A program made the position numbers and the translations under genes. A DNA stretch of 64,000 bases, taken from assembly GCA_000998135.1 (NCBI GenBank), contig LCCV01000011.1:4132-68131 (forward strand), given 5' to 3'. The notes beneath the pieces were generated by a model. It was not told the DNA's origin. It did no database searches and worked only from the letters and a program-made list of their open reading frames with translations. This document shows, in pieces, positions 8,150-18,487 of the stretch. The stretch comes from Parcubacteria group bacterium GW2011_GWA2_42_14 (lineage in GTDB: Bacteria; Patescibacteriota; Minisyncoccia; Sungbacterales; GWA2-42-14). Position 1 is the first letter of the stretch. Each line of letters opens with the position of its first letter.

Positions 8150-9706
8150 TTATGGAATTTTATTGGCGTTTTTTGCCAGTTCCACCAAAAATCTTACTCC
8201 GGTTCCGGATGCGCCTTTTGCCAAGAATTGTCCTTCAATAGTGGTCATGGTCGGCGCGATATCAAGGTGCATCCACGGATAATTTCCCACGAATTGTTTT
8301 AAGAATATTGCTCCGGCAATTGCTCCGCCTTGTCCCTTTTTTCCGGTATTGGCAATATCGCCAAATGTTCCTTTCACGTCATCATAGTACTCGTCCCATA
8401 AAGGGAGCGGCCAGACATAATCGCCGGAATTCATGCCAATGTCGCGCGCGAATTTTTCTAATTTTTCGTTTGTGGTTCGGCCTTGCTCACCAGAACTCGA
8501 AAATAGCGCGATGGCGCGTTGTCCGAGCGCTACTGTCGCGGCGCCCGTAAGCGTTGCCGCGTCAACAATTAGTTTAGGGTTAAGTTTTTGCGCATATCCC
8601 AGAGTATCTGCGAGAATAATCCGTCCTTCGGCGTCGGTGTTCAGCACTTCAATGGTTTTTCCGGTTATGGTTTTTAAAATATCTCCCGGGTGATAGCTTG
8701 AACCGGATGGCATGTTTTCTACGGCCGGAATAAGCCCGATTATTTTTACCGGCAGTTTCATTCGGGCAATAGCGGCCATAGCGTGTATGACCGCGGCTCC
8801 CCCTGACATATCCATATGCATTTCATAGATTGCTTCTGACGGTTTTAAATTAAGTCCGCCGGTATCAAAAGTAACTCCCTTGCCGGCAAAAACTATTGGC
8901 TGTATGACTTTGTTTGGTAATCCTTTCTTCCCCAAAGGGGCGGGTTTTCCAGAATCATATTTCATAACAATAAATCGCGGTTTTTCGTCGGAACCCTTTG
9001 ATACGCCCAATATTCCGCCCATGCCGAGTTCCTTGATTTTTTTTTCGTCAAATACGTCAACTTTTATTCCGGTTTTTTTGCCGATTTCAAGAGCGGCTTG
9101 GGCAAGTTTTTGCGGAGTCATTTCTCCTCCCGGGGTGTTGGCAAGAATCCGGCAATTATTCGTTTCTTCGCCGATAATTAAACCTTCTTCCAGTCCTGTT
9201 TTTATTGATGGAGAAACCGGAACTGGAACAATTATTTCAATTTCATTTATTTCCGGCCATCCTTCTTTGGGCGGTTCTTTATATTTGTTGAATGTGAAAT
9301 CCGCGAGTATGACATTTTCCGCAAATAGTTGCGTTATCCGCCGTATAGGCAAAGGATTAAATTTAAAGTCATTTAAGAATACCGAGGATGACTTAATCCT
9401 GTGGTCTTTAAGATATGTGACCAATTTTCTTGCGAAAAGAATATATTTTTTTTCGTTCCATTCATTCGTTTTTCCGAGATTGGCAAGTACAATTAATTGG
9501 TCCGGATTTGACGGCAGATGCACTTCTCTGAATTTTTCCTGCGCTGTTGTGAAGTCATGCGCCATGATTTTGGCAATGTAGGCCGCGTCTGTTTGGGAAA
9601 GTTTTTTTAAATAAGGGTGAGCCGGTTTTTTTTCGGGTGTGAAAAAAGAAACAAGGACGGCCTTGTTTTTTGTTAAACTAGGTTTGTGAGATAAGATGAC
9701 CTTCAT
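8150..9706 (-). CDS. pepA: Leucyl aminopeptidase (M17 family)
   Basis: 'VLNTDAEGRIILADTL' M17 signature. 518 aa. Confidence 0.75.
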   Translation of the reverse strand: MKVILSHKPSLTKNKAVLVSFFTPEKKPAHPYLKKLSQTDAAYIAKIMAHDFTTAQEKFREVHLPSNPDQLIVLANLGKTNEWNEKKYILFARKLVTYLKDHRIKSSSVFLNDFKFNPLPIRRITQLFAENVILADFTFNKYKEPPKEGWPEINEIEIIVPVPVSPSIKTGLEEGLIIGEETNNCRILANTPGGEMTPQKLAQAALEIGKKTGIKVDVFDEKKIKELGMGGILGVSKGSDEKPRFIVMKYDSGKPAPLGKKGLPNKVIQPIVFAGKGVTFDTGGLNLKPSEAIYEMHMDMSGGAAVIHAMAAIARMKLPVKIIGLIPAVENMPSGSSYHPGDILKTITGKTIEVLNTDAEGRIILADTLGYAQKLNPKLIVDAATLTGAATVALGQRAIALFSSSGEQGRTTNEKLEKFARDIGMNSGDYVWPLPLWDEYYDDVKGTFGDIANTGKKGQGGAIAGAIFLKQFVGNYPWMHLDIAPTMTTIEGQFLAKGASGTGVRFLVELAKNANKIP

Positions 9707-9712
9707 TATAAA

Positions 9713-9796
9713 GCGATTCTAATACGACTCAAATTCACTCGAATGACTCGAATACGTATTTGTGTCATTAGGGTGCCATTTGTATATTGGAGTCGC
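9713..9796. repeat. Family B palindromic element (GCGACTCCAATA...TATTGGAGTCGC, ~90 bp)
   Basis: Further copies at 29828-29919, 33755-33844 and 41813-41902, all with a 'GAATGACTC...GAGTCATTC' core. Confidence 0.7.
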
Positions 9797-9979
9797 TTAA
9801 ACCTTATGCAGTTTCTTCAAACACTTTACACATGTTTTTACTCTTTTGCCGTTAGCAAGTTTAGCCCATTGCAAATTGGGATATTTTCTTCCTCTCCAGG
9901 TTAAGTTATAATGGCCTCGAAGGAGTTTTCGTTTTCCTCCCATAACCGAGCCCTTTTTACATATTGTACAAACTTTCAT
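9797..9979 (-). CDS. rpmB: 50S ribosomal protein L28
   Basis: 'MKVCTICKKGSVMGGKRKLLRGHYNLTWRGRKYPNLQ...CVKCLKK'. The ORF-track start at 10120 runs through a repeat; the true start is at 9979. Confidence 0.7.
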   Translation of the reverse strand: MKVCTICKKGSVMGGKRKLLRGHYNLTWRGRKYPNLQWAKLANGKRVKTCVKCLKKLHKV

Positions 9980-9983
9980 AGGT

Positions 9984-10089
9984 GTGATGCCAATCCGATG
10001 CGAATTTAATGCTAATCTACAAATTACGAATATTATTACGATTCGCAATTCAATAGATTCGCATTTCATTTGTAGATTGGCGTCATTGC
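9984..10089. repeat. Family C element (GATGCCAATC...GCGAATTTAATGCTAATCTACAAAT...ATTTGTAGATTGGC)
   Basis: Other copies at 23991-24074, 26631-26791 and 45045-45165. Confidence 0.65.
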
Positions 10090-10107
10090 TAAAAATAACA
10101 TTTTTAA

Positions 10108-10749
10108 ATGGAGAATGCAACCCAGTTCATAATCCAAATCGCCGTCCTTATTTTTTCTGTTGTGGTTCATGAAGTATCCCACGGATATGCCGCTTTGGCT
10201 TTGGGCGACAAGACCGCTAAATACGCGGGACGTCTTACTCTTAATCCGGTTAATCACTTTGACCCGTTTGGCTCTTTTTTACTGCCTCTGTTTACTTATT
10301 TTACAACCGGATTTATTTTTGGCTGGGCTAAGCCCGTGCCATATAATCCGTATAACCTTCGTAACCAAAAATGGGGTCCGGCTTTGGTGGGCGCGGCCGG
10401 CCCTCTTTCAAATATTTTTTTGGCGGTTTTTTTTGGCATTGTTTTGCGGATAATGATTTCATACTCCTTGGTCGGTTCCGCGCTTTTTGCTAATTTTTTT
10501 CAGATAGCCACATTCATTGTATTCCTTAATTTAGTTCTGGCGGTTTTTAATTTGGTTCCGATTCCTCCGCTTGACGGCTCCAAGGTCTTTTTCACGCTTT
10601 TGCCGTATCAATACCGGCACATTCAAGCATTTATGGAGCAATACGGTTTTATGTTGCTTTTGGCTTTCATTTTTTTCTTTTCTAATTTAATTTTTCCGGT
10701 GGTTTTGTTTTTGTTCAGGATTATTACCGGTGTTATGCCTGTTTTTTGA
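10108..10749 (+). CDS. M50-family (site-2-protease-like) membrane metalloprotease
   Basis: 'VVHEVSHGYAALALGD' HExxH in a TM helix plus 'NLVPIPPLDGSKVF' (LDG motif). Polytopic membrane protein. Confidence 0.65.
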   Translation: MENATQFIIQIAVLIFSVVVHEVSHGYAALALGDKTAKYAGRLTLNPVNHFDPFGSFLLPLFTYFTTGFIFGWAKPVPYNPYNLRNQKWGPALVGAAGPLSNIFLAVFFGIVLRIMISYSLVGSALFANFFQIATFIVFLNLVLAVFNLVPIPPLDGSKVFFTLLPYQYRHIQAFMEQYGFMLLLAFIFFFSNLIFPVVLFLFRIITGVMPVF

Positions 10750-10817
10750 AATCTTGCCATTTGGGAGTCATTGTTTTAAGGTAAAAACACCAAGCTCTTT
10801 AAAAATAATCGCGGATT

Positions 10818-12278
10818 TTGTCAATGCAAAAACGCATTTTTGGTACGGAAAACGAATATTCTTTTGCTAAGAAGTTCGGAAAAGGAGGGGGCATAGAGTC
10901 GGAAAGCGCGAATATATTATTATTTCCGTTGTTTCAGAGTAGCGATTCGTATGAACTCTTTAAACGTTATCGGGTTATTACTAAATCTTCAAATCTTGCT
11001 GAGAAACGGTTTTGGCTCGGCTCTAACGGCGGACTATTTTATTTTGATTACGTTAATGAAAGTATGTTTCCCGAATATTCCACGCCGGAATGTGATTCGG
11101 TAAAACTTTGCGTCGCCCATGACAAGGCCGGAGAAATATTTGTTAATGATGTCAGGCGCGCTTCGGCAAAAGAGAATAAGCCTATTTTCGTTGATGATTT
11201 TATAATTTCTAAAAATACTACTATTTATTCCAAAGAGGAGGAGGGAGCGCAATGCGTCGGATGCCATGAAAATTATCTTGCCGATTTTAGATTTGATCCG
11301 GTTCGTATCAGTTTGAATATGTCTCTTCCTTATCCAGTATCTCAACTGTTTTGCAATTTTTTAACGCCATTTCTTATTTCCCGTGTTATTATCCATGGCG
11401 CCGGAGGTATAAGGTGGAGCAGGGAGTCGGGCTGGCATTATGTCATATCGCAAAGGGCTTTTGCCATTAAAAAGCTGACCGGTTCCGAAACATTACGTGA
11501 TAGGACATTAATACAATTTAAAGAGGAATGCGCGCCGCCGGAATATAAAAGAATGCATTTGATTTATTCCGATCCGAATATGTCTTCTTTTGCCGCTTTT
11601 CTTAAATTCGGGACTACGCATCTTGTTCTTCGCGCTTTTGAGGAAAATAACGATTTGCTGCCGCCGGTTAATGTTGGCAATCCCATACACAAAATGTATG
11701 ATTTTTCAAAGGATATCAGTTTAACCAGAAAAGTTGCGGATAGCAGGACCGGAAAGGAATATACCGCGATTCAAATTCAGCGCGAATATCTTAATTTGGT
11801 TTTAAAAAATATCAATGGTTTTTCCGAAGAAGAAAATAATACTTTGGAACTTTGGCAGTGGGTTTTGGATAAGCTTGAAGAGAATCCGGAAGAACTTTAC
11901 CGCCATCTTGACTGGGTTACTAAACTCCACTATTTGAAAGCGGCCGTTAAAGATATTTTTTCGCCCAAGGGCCGGTTGTTTGATTTTTTGTATTCGGATG
12001 TTAGCGAAAACGGAATTTATAACAAATTGCGTGAAGCCGGCCTGGTTGAAGAATTTGTAACCAGAGAAGAGATTGCCAGCGCCTTGGATAATCCGCCTCC
12101 GACCAGGGCATGTCTTCGTTCGCGTTATATCCGGACCATCCTGGATGAAAAACATTGTTCCTGGCACGTGGATTGGCACTTGGTGAACGAGAATCCGAAA
12201 TTTTATCTTAATGACCCGTTTTCAGAGCATAATGAAGAACTGGAAAAATTTCTTGAATCATTGCGAATAAAATCATGA
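10818..12278 (+). CDS. Pup-ligase/deamidase family protein (PafA/Dop homolog)
   Basis: 'MQKRIFGTENEYS'. 'NGGLFYFDYVNESMFPEYSTPECDSVKLCVAHDKAGE'. 'VGCHENYLA'. 'SRVIIHGAGGI'. 'HLIYSDPNMSSFAAFLKFGTTHLVL'. 'DNPPPTRACLRSRYI'. 'HVDWHLVN'. Collinear with M. tuberculosis PafA motifs. Confidence 0.7.
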   Translation: MSMQKRIFGTENEYSFAKKFGKGGGIESESANILLFPLFQSSDSYELFKRYRVITKSSNLAEKRFWLGSNGGLFYFDYVNESMFPEYSTPECDSVKLCVAHDKAGEIFVNDVRRASAKENKPIFVDDFIISKNTTIYSKEEEGAQCVGCHENYLADFRFDPVRISLNMSLPYPVSQLFCNFLTPFLISRVIIHGAGGIRWSRESGWHYVISQRAFAIKKLTGSETLRDRTLIQFKEECAPPEYKRMHLIYSDPNMSSFAAFLKFGTTHLVLRAFEENNDLLPPVNVGNPIHKMYDFSKDISLTRKVADSRTGKEYTAIQIQREYLNLVLKNINGFSEEENNTLELWQWVLDKLEENPEELYRHLDWVTKLHYLKAAVKDIFSPKGRLFDFLYSDVSENGIYNKLREAGLVEEFVTREEIASALDNPPPTRACLRSRYIRTILDEKHCSWHVDWHLVNENPKFYLNDPFSEHNEELEKFLESLRIKS

Positions 12279-12304
12279 CCCGCTTTTCCCGCGGGTTTTT
12301 TTGT
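12278..12304 (+). terminator. Rho-independent terminator after the pafA-like gene
   Basis: CCCGC-TTTTCC-GCGGG followed by TTTTTTT. Confidence 0.4.
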
Positions 12305-12314
12305 CCGCGGGAAC

Positions 12315-12491
12315 CATAATTGGACTGTTGCCGAATGGCCCTTTTCCATTTCTGTCATTCTGACTCTGAGCAATGCGAAGGGGAAGAATCTCAATGTTTT
12401 CAATGTTTTCGAGTGGCTGAGTTCCTTCACGGAGTTTACACTGAGCGAAGCGAATGTGTTCAGGATGACATTCGGCAACAGTCCCATAATG
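12315..12491. repeat. Composite palindrome: outer 24-bp inverted repeat (CCATAATTGGACTGTTGCCGAATG) enclosing two inverted family-I units (GTCATyCTGA-hairpin-GAAGAATCT type)
   Basis: Family I also at 20660-20714, 38578-38610 (inside map) and as the ends of the GIY-YIG element. Confidence 0.6.
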
Positions 12492-12564
12492 TAATCCGAT
12501 TTGACGTGTTTTGTTTACTATGCTAAATTTGCTACGTTAGGTAATTTTTATTAATATCAATTTT

Positions 12565-12975
12565 ATGCCCACCATTAATCAGTTGGTAAAAAGAGGCAGA
12601 ACTCCCAAAAGAGCAAAGTCAAAAACGCCGGCGCTTGAGCGCGGTTTTAACGTAAAGAAAAACAGACCGGTACCATATTCGTCGCCTTTTAAAAGAGGTG
12701 TTTGTATAAAGGTGACTACGGTTACTCCGAAAAAGCCGAATTCCGCCTTGAGAAAAGTTGCCAGAGTTCGTCTTACCAACGGCATGGAGGTTACGGCCTA
12801 TATTCCCGGCGAAGGGCATAATTTGCAGGAACACTCGGTGGTGATAATCCGCGGCGGAAGAGTTAAAGATTTGCCCGGAGTTAGATATCATATTGTAAGA
12901 GGAATTTTGGATATGACCGGAGTTGAGGGAAGGAAGCAGCAGCGTTCAAAATATGGCGCGAAAACCCCCAAATAG
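12565..12975 (+). CDS. rpsL: 30S ribosomal protein S12
   Basis: '[12 protein letters not shown]...'. Conserved S12. Confidence 0.9.
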   Translation: MPTINQLVKRGRTPKRAKSKTPALERGFNVKKNRPVPYSSPFKRGVCIKVTTVTPKKPNSALRKVARVRLTNGMEVTAYIPGEGHNLQEHSVVIIRGGRVKDLPGVRYHIVRGILDMTGVEGRKQQRSKYGAKTPK

Positions 12976-13044
12976 CGACAAGCGACATGTAACATGTGAC
13001 ATGGAATTTGTGCCTTGTCTCATGTCACTTGTCTCATGTCTCTC
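12975..13044. repeat. Family A heptamer-arm palindrome ((AGACAAG)n / (CATGTCA)n), inverted orientation
   Basis: GACATGTAACATGTGACATGG...CTTGTCTCATGTCACTTGTCTCATGTCTC. Confidence 0.7.
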
Positions 13045-13048
13045 GGAG

Positions 13049-13516
13049 ATGAGACGAAAAAGAAAAGTAAAAAGAATAATTGCGCCAGACCTGAAGTATG
13101 GTAACCAGCTTGTGGCCAAGTTTATTAATTATGTAATGAGAAAGGGGAAAAAGAGTGCGGCCCAAAGGGTTGTTTATAAAACTTTTGATACTATGCAGCA
13201 AAAATATCAGGTGGAGCCGCTGGCCACTTTTGATTTGGCCATAAAGAACGCGTCCCCGGCCTTGGAGGTAAAAGCAAAAAGAATTGGAGGAGCGACTTAT
13301 CAGGTGCCGCGGGCAGTTCGGGGTGAGCGAAAAATGCAGTTGGCTTTTACCTGGATTTTGAACGCGGCCAGAGCAAAAAAAGGAAGGCCGATGCATGAAA
13401 AATTAGCCGAAGAATTAATGGCCGCCTCCAAAAACGAGGGGATAGCAGTTAAGAAAAAGATGGACACCCTTCGCATGGCTGAAGCAAATAAGGCGTTTGC
13501 TCATTTTGCGTGGTAA
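13049..13516 (+). CDS. rpsG: 30S ribosomal protein S7
   Basis: 'MRRKRKVKRIIAPDLKYGNQLVAKFINYVMRKGKK'. The ORF-track start at 12923 lies in a heptamer repeat; corrected to the in-frame ATG at 13049. Confidence 0.8.
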   Translation: MRRKRKVKRIIAPDLKYGNQLVAKFINYVMRKGKKSAAQRVVYKTFDTMQQKYQVEPLATFDLAIKNASPALEVKAKRIGGATYQVPRAVRGERKMQLAFTWILNAARAKKGRPMHEKLAEELMAASKNEGIAVKKKMDTLRMAEANKAFAHFAW

Positions 13517-13965
13517 TCACTTTATTTTTTATGAAAGAGGTATTTCACAAAAATTTTCATATTTTGGAAAGAGTTGAGCCGGGTGAGGGGAAGAGGAAGC
13601 GAATGTTTATAATGGCGACATGGAGGCCCAAACAGGATATTTGGCTCATTGGCACGGCCATCGGGCTTTTGTGCTGTAAGTCGGATAATTATGAAATTTA
13701 TCTTGCGGTTTCGAAAAATCCATCGCTTGAGCCAAGAAAATTTTTAGTCGGGCTCAAAAAAGATTGGTTATTTTATCAGCAACGTGATGTCTATACATAT
13801 TCTTCCGGCATTAACGATTTAGTAAGTTATCATTTTTTACCGGAGGGATATGGTTTTTTAATCAAAAAAGGAGAGCCGGTTTATATCAAAGTCGGCGCGG
13901 TGAATTTAACCATCAATCCGTTGGAATACGATGCATTTTGCAATCTTTATTATACTTTGGCGTAA
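13510..13965 (+). CDS. Hypothetical protein inserted between rpsG and fusA
   Basis: ORF only; unusual position. Confidence 0.3.
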   Translation: MVITLFFMKEVFHKNFHILERVEPGEGKRKRMFIMATWRPKQDIWLIGTAIGLLCCKSDNYEIYLAVSKNPSLEPRKFLVGLKKDWLFYQQRDVYTYSSGINDLVSYHFLPEGYGFLIKKGEPVYIKVGAVNLTINPLEYDAFCNLYYTLA

Positions 13966-14277
13966 TTTTAATTTATGGAAATAGGAAAAGAAAAATTTGA
14001 ACCCGAGAAACGGCTGTATAAAATTCCTGAAGAAATTCGGAAAGAGCTGGAAAGCATCCGCGAGGATAAATTTTGGACAGTTGAAAATCTTGAACGGCAG
14101 TTTGAAGATGACATTGCTTTTGGCGCAAAAATGTGGACTGGTTTTGATGCAATTCTGGAAAGGAAGAATTTGAGAAAAGAAAATGGAAGAATTTGAAAGA
14201 GGGTTGCAACAGCCGCCACAAGAAAAAATTGAATAATAATTTTTGATTTTTTGCGTCTTTAGTCGTATAATACAATT

Positions 14278-14502
14278 ATGCCGACCATTACCATAGAAAT
14301 TCCTAAAAAAGTTTTAGAAAACGGAACAGGACGTCGGCTTTTGGTTGTTGACCCAAAGCAATTTGAAAAAGATTTACGCAGGCAATGGGAGGAGGGGGAA
14401 GATGTTGAGGATACGAAACGTCTATTGAGTGTTGCGCAAGATAAAAAAAATCAAAAACGAATTCCGTATGCTAAAGTAAAAAAACAGTTTAATCTGCCAT
14501 GA
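14278..14502 (+). CDS. Putative type II antitoxin
   Basis: 74-aa ORF whose stop overlaps the toxin start (ATGA). Confidence 0.35.
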   Translation: MPTITIEIPKKVLENGTGRRLLVVDPKQFEKDLRRQWEEGEDVEDTKRLLSVAQDKKNQKRIPYAKVKKQFNLP

Positions 14503-14762
14503 CCCGGATTTTCTTCAGACCAAAAGCGCTTGCGGGACTTGGTGTAGCGCCGCGGAAATATCAATTAATCATTAACGAAGCAATACGAATTTTAGAACAA
14601 GGCTTATTTCCTCCTCATACCAAGAAGTTGGAAGATTCGATGGATGGTTACCGCACCCGCGTAGGCCGGTGGCGGATTTTATTTACTCTCAAGAGCGGTG
14701 AAATTGAAGTTGTGGATATTTTTCTTAAAAAAGGCAAAAGCGATTATAAACGCAGATATTAA
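14499..14762 (+). CDS. RelE/ParE-fold type II toxin
   Basis: 'GYRTRVGRWRILFTLKSGEIEVVDIFLKKGKSDY' RelE/ParE C-terminal signature. Confidence 0.5.
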   Translation: MTRIFFRPKALAGLGVAPRKYQLIINEAIRILEQGLFPPHTKKLEDSMDGYRTRVGRWRILFTLKSGEIEVVDIFLKKGKSDYKRRY

Positions 14763-14827
14763 CCTTAGCCATTTTAGCTATTTGAGATAAATTCGAGTTA
14801 GTTCGAAGATGATTCGAGAAAAATAAT

Positions 14828-16939
14828 ATGAGAGACTACCCAATTGAACGAACTCGCGATATCGGAATTATCGCGCATATAGACGCCGGGAAAACCACCG
14901 TTACCGAACGGGTGCTTTTTTATACCGGCGTGGCTCATAAAATCGGCGAGGTTCATGAGGGCACTACGGTTATGGACTGGATGGAGCAGGAAAGAGAACG
15001 GGGCATTACCATCACTTCGGCCGCGACCAATTGCTTTTGGAAACCAACTTATTTACCTGAAGAAAAGAAAACTAAAGATAATGAATATCGGATAAATATT
15101 ATTGATACTCCCGGACACGTTGATTTTACTGTTGAAGTGGAAAGGTCATTGAGGGTTCTTGACGGCGGTGTTGTTGTTTTTGACGGGGTGGCCGGAGTTG
15201 AGCCGCAATCGGAAACTGTATGGAGGCAAGCGGATAAATACAAAGTCCCGAGAATTTGTTTTATTAATAAACTTGATAGAATGGGCGCTTCTTGGGAAAA
15301 ATCTTTACGCTCAATTTGGGAAAGATTGACTCCTAATGCCGTTGCCATGCAAATAAACATTGGTCTTGAAGAAAATTTTGAAGGAGTGATTGATTTGATG
15401 CGCATGAAAAAAATTGACTTTGAAGGAGAAAAAGGGGAAAAAATAGCGGAATCGGAAATTCCGGCAAATTTAAAAGAAGAAGCCCAAAATTGGCGCCATA
15501 AAATGATTGAAAAAATCGCGGAAACCGATGATATACTTACCGAAAAATATCTTGAAGGAAAAGAAATTGGGATGGACGAGTTAAAGTCCGCGCTTCGCCG
15601 GGCAACCATTGATTATAAGTTGGTGCCTGTTTTTTGCGGTTCGGCCCTTAAAAATAAAGGGGTTCAGCTGGTTTTGGACGGTGTGGTGGATTATTTGCCG
15701 TCTCCTAATGAAATGCCTCCGGTCAAGGGCATAAATCCCAAAACCGATGTTGAAGAAATTCGGGAAGCGAAAGACGACGCGCCTTTCGCGGCTTTGGCTT
15801 TTAAATTGCAAACCGACCCGTTTGTGGGACAACTTACTTATTTCAGGGTTTATTCCGGAGTATTAAATGCCGGCTCTTATGTGTTGAATTCAACAACCAA
15901 AGACCAGGAAAGAATCGGGAGAATTTTAAGAATGCATGCTAATCACCGCGAAGAATTAAAAGAAATTCAAGCCGGAAATATTGGAGCGATTGTGGGATTG
16001 AAAGCAACCAGAACCGGAGATACGTTATGCGATCCGGATTATCCGATTGTTTTGGAAAAAATAGTTTTTCCGGAGCCGGTGGTATCATTAAGGATTGAAC
16101 CGAAAACCAAGGCAGACCAGGAAAAAATGGGATTGGCGCTTAAGCGCCTTTCCGATGAAGACCCGACATTCAGAATCAAGGGAGATATTGAAACCGGAGA
16201 CACTATTATTTCCGGCATGGGCGAATTGCATTTGGAAATTCTTGTTGATAGGATGAAGCGCGAATTTTCCGTGGAGGCCAATGTGGGCAGACCGCAGGTG
16301 GCTTATAAAGAAACTATTAAAAAATTGGCAGAGGCCGAAGGAAAATATATTCGCCAGTCAGGAGGTCGCGGGCAATATGGACACGTTTGGCTTAAGGTGG
16401 AACCGCAAGAACGCGCCAAGGGTTTTGAATTTGTTGATGAAATCAGAGGCGGAATTATTCCGCAGGAATTTATTCCGGCTGTGGAAAAAGGAATCAGGGA
16501 GGCCATGGATAAGGGAGTGCTTGCCGGCTACCCTATGGTTGATATGAAAGTAACGCTTTATGACGGTTCTTATCACGATGTTGATTCATCCGAGGCGGCT
16601 TTTAAAATCGCGGGTTCGGTTGCTTTACAGGAGGCAGCTCGGCGTGCTATTTTGGTATTATTAGAACCGATTATGAGGGTTGAGGTGGTAACGCCGGAGC
16701 AGTTTTTGGGAGAGGTTACCGGGGACTTGAATTCCAAAAGGGGCAGGATTGAAGAAATGAGCGATAGGGGACTGGGAATCAAGACAATTAAAGCAAAAGT
16801 TCCCCTTGCAGAAATGTTCGGATATGCCACGATTATAAGGTCTTTGACGCAGGGTCGCGCCTCTTATACGATGGAATTTGACCACTACGAGGAAGTGCCT
16901 AATAATATTGCCATGCAGATTGTAGAAGGCAAGAAATAA
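14828..16939 (+). CDS. fusA: Elongation factor G
   Basis: 'AHIDAGKTT' G1. 'DTPGHVDF'. 703 aa. Confidence 0.95.
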   Translation: MRDYPIERTRDIGIIAHIDAGKTTVTERVLFYTGVAHKIGEVHEGTTVMDWMEQERERGITITSAATNCFWKPTYLPEEKKTKDNEYRINIIDTPGHVDFTVEVERSLRVLDGGVVVFDGVAGVEPQSETVWRQADKYKVPRICFINKLDRMGASWEKSLRSIWERLTPNAVAMQINIGLEENFEGVIDLMRMKKIDFEGEKGEKIAESEIPANLKEEAQNWRHKMIEKIAETDDILTEKYLEGKEIGMDELKSALRRATIDYKLVPVFCGSALKNKGVQLVLDGVVDYLPSPNEMPPVKGINPKTDVEEIREAKDDAPFAALAFKLQTDPFVGQLTYFRVYSGVLNAGSYVLNSTTKDQERIGRILRMHANHREELKEIQAGNIGAIVGLKATRTGDTLCDPDYPIVLEKIVFPEPVVSLRIEPKTKADQEKMGLALKRLSDEDPTFRIKGDIETGDTIISGMGELHLEILVDRMKREFSVEANVGRPQVAYKETIKKLAEAEGKYIRQSGGRGQYGHVWLKVEPQERAKGFEFVDEIRGGIIPQEFIPAVEKGIREAMDKGVLAGYPMVDMKVTLYDGSYHDVDSSEAAFKIAGSVALQEAARRAILVLLEPIMRVEVVTPEQFLGEVTGDLNSKRGRIEEMSDRGLGIKTIKAKVPLAEMFGYATIIRSLTQGRASYTMEFDHYEEVPNNIAMQIVEGKK

Positions 16940-17125
16940 CGCTCGCCCGCCATAATTTTCTTCACCAAGAGGGTGACCCTTGAACTCCCCTAATATTTGT
17001 CGATTCCGACATTTTTGACTCCCTCTTGAGTTCAGAAAATTACGGCAGGTTCGCTTTTCCAAGAATTTTAATAAACAAAAAAGCGGCACAATTTGAGATG
17101 AGTTCGAAAAGGCCGATAGCAACAG

Positions 17126-17473
17126 TCAGTTGCACTGGATAGTTATTTCGGATTTGTCGGGGATAAATGTTTCATCTCCGAAAATAGGATTACGGTAGAC
17201 TTTCATTAGAATCTTTACACAATCTCCGACTTTCGCGGTCGAGATGAACGAGTTAGCCGATTTGTAACGAACCGTGAATGTTACATTTTTCACCTGTATT
17301 ATTTTGCCAACTTCGATTATATCGCCGGGTAGCATACTTCCGTCATCTTGCGGAGTTTGGGTTTCCTCTTGTGCAATACCAACTACTTTACCGATTTCCA
17401 TTCGTTCGTAATTAGTAGTGCATCCCATAGCGCCAAGTAGTGAAAGAACAATAATCAGGCCGCCGATTTTCAT
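17126..17473 (-). CDS. Small lipoprotein
   Basis: Signal peptide plus lipobox 'LLGAMGC'. Opposite strand within the ribosomal cluster. Confidence 0.45.
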   Translation of the reverse strand: MKIGGLIIVLSLLGAMGCTTNYERMEIGKVVGIAQEETQTPQDDGSMLPGDIIEVGKIIQVKNVTFTVRYKSANSFISTAKVGDCVKILMKVYRNPIFGDETFIPDKSEITIQCN

Positions 17474-17635
17474 TGTTATTTCTCCGTGTTTTTGTTTTTT
17501 GGCAGCATTTTAATATGTAGCATACCCCCAAAATCTTGTCAAGTGGTTTGGAAAATGGTATATTTGAAATATGTTTTTCACAAAGTGATAATTTTAAGAG
17601 GGCGACTAGAAATATAAAAGAAGCGATCGAACTTT

Positions 17636-17872
17636 ATGGCTGAAGATTTACCAATAATTTTCTCTCGGCATGCGTTGTTAAAACTTGAGCATAGAAATTT
17701 AACGAAAGAAATGGTGGTTGCAGTCATAACTAAGCCGTCATATCTTATTCTTGCTGGTGACAAGTTTCATGCTTATAGAAGATTGGGAAAGTTATATCTC
17801 AAAGTCATATTTGTAAGAACAACAAACGTTATTATTGTCCTTACGCAACACTTTGTTAAAAAAGTACCATGA
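17636..17872 (+). CDS. DUF4258-like toxin
   Basis: 'IIFSRHALLKLEHRNLTKEMVVAVI' resembles DUF4258. Stop overlaps the next ORF. Confidence 0.45.
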   Translation: MAEDLPIIFSRHALLKLEHRNLTKEMVVAVITKPSYLILAGDKFHAYRRLGKLYLKVIFVRTTNVIIVLTQHFVKKVP

Positions 17873-18111
17873 TTTATACATATGACCCGATGGCTGATGC
17901 CATCAATATAACATTTAAAAAGGGCAAGGTTGCGGAAACGAAAGAAATTGCCGATGGGGTGCTGCTTGATATTGATAAAAACGGAAGCCCGCTTTATTTA
18001 GAAATTCTTTTCGCGCGCAAACGTTTTGGAAAAGAGAAAGTCGGCAATTTGTCGTTAAAACCGTTTTTATATTCTTCAGCAAAAGTTAGAAACGGCATTG
18101 CGGTAAAATGA
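17869..18111 (+). CDS. DUF2283-like antitoxin
   Basis: 'YDPMADAINITF...DGVLLDIDKNGSPLYLEIL' resembles DUF2283. Confidence 0.45.
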   Translation: MIYTYDPMADAINITFKKGKVAETKEIADGVLLDIDKNGSPLYLEILFARKRFGKEKVGNLSLKPFLYSSAKVRNGIAVK

Positions 18112-18214
18112 GAAATTAAGCGCCAAGAAGTCGGCTTTCCCGAAGAAGGCGAGGAAGAAGATGATATTTAAATATTCGTAATTCGTCAAAATTCGTAATT
18201 AGTAGGATAATAAT

Positions 18215-18487
18215 ATGTTTAACGGATTTAAAATAAACAAAGGCGAAAAATTCATAATGGTGGAAAACGGCAAGCCCACTTATGTGGTGATGAGTTATGA
18301 TGATTATGAAAATATGCTGGCACGGCGCCCGTCTGAAAGCTCCGCTCACCATGGACGGCCTGAAGTTGGTTTGGCAAACGACAGAGTTGGACGGGCAGAA
18401 GAAGAATTCAGCGCCCGCCTGGTTATGGATACGCCGAATGTGCCGGAGGATATTAGCAAGATAAGATTAGAAGATCTTCCGCTCTGA
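18215..18487 (+). CDS. Phd/YefM-like antitoxin (orphan)
   Basis: 'KFIMVENGKPTYVVMSYDDYENM'. Confidence 0.35.
   Translation: MFNGFKINKGEKFIMVENGKPTYVVMSYDDYENMLARRPSESSAHHGRPEVGLANDRVGRAEEEFSARLVMDTPNVPEDISKIRLEDLPL

Noticed and set aside
10818-12560. Search for a Pup/UBact-like small gene next to the PafA-like ligase
   Set aside because: No 50-80-aa ORF ending in GGQ/GGE or a similar C-terminus on either strand nearby. The downstream 230 bp is a composite palindromic repeat (12315-12491), not a gene.
15049-15609. 186-aa minus-strand ORF inside fusA, and similar antisense ORFs inside tuf, pepA, secY, murJ, the vWA gene and others
   Set aside because: Antisense to strongly conserved genes. 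Composition is typical of shadow frames.
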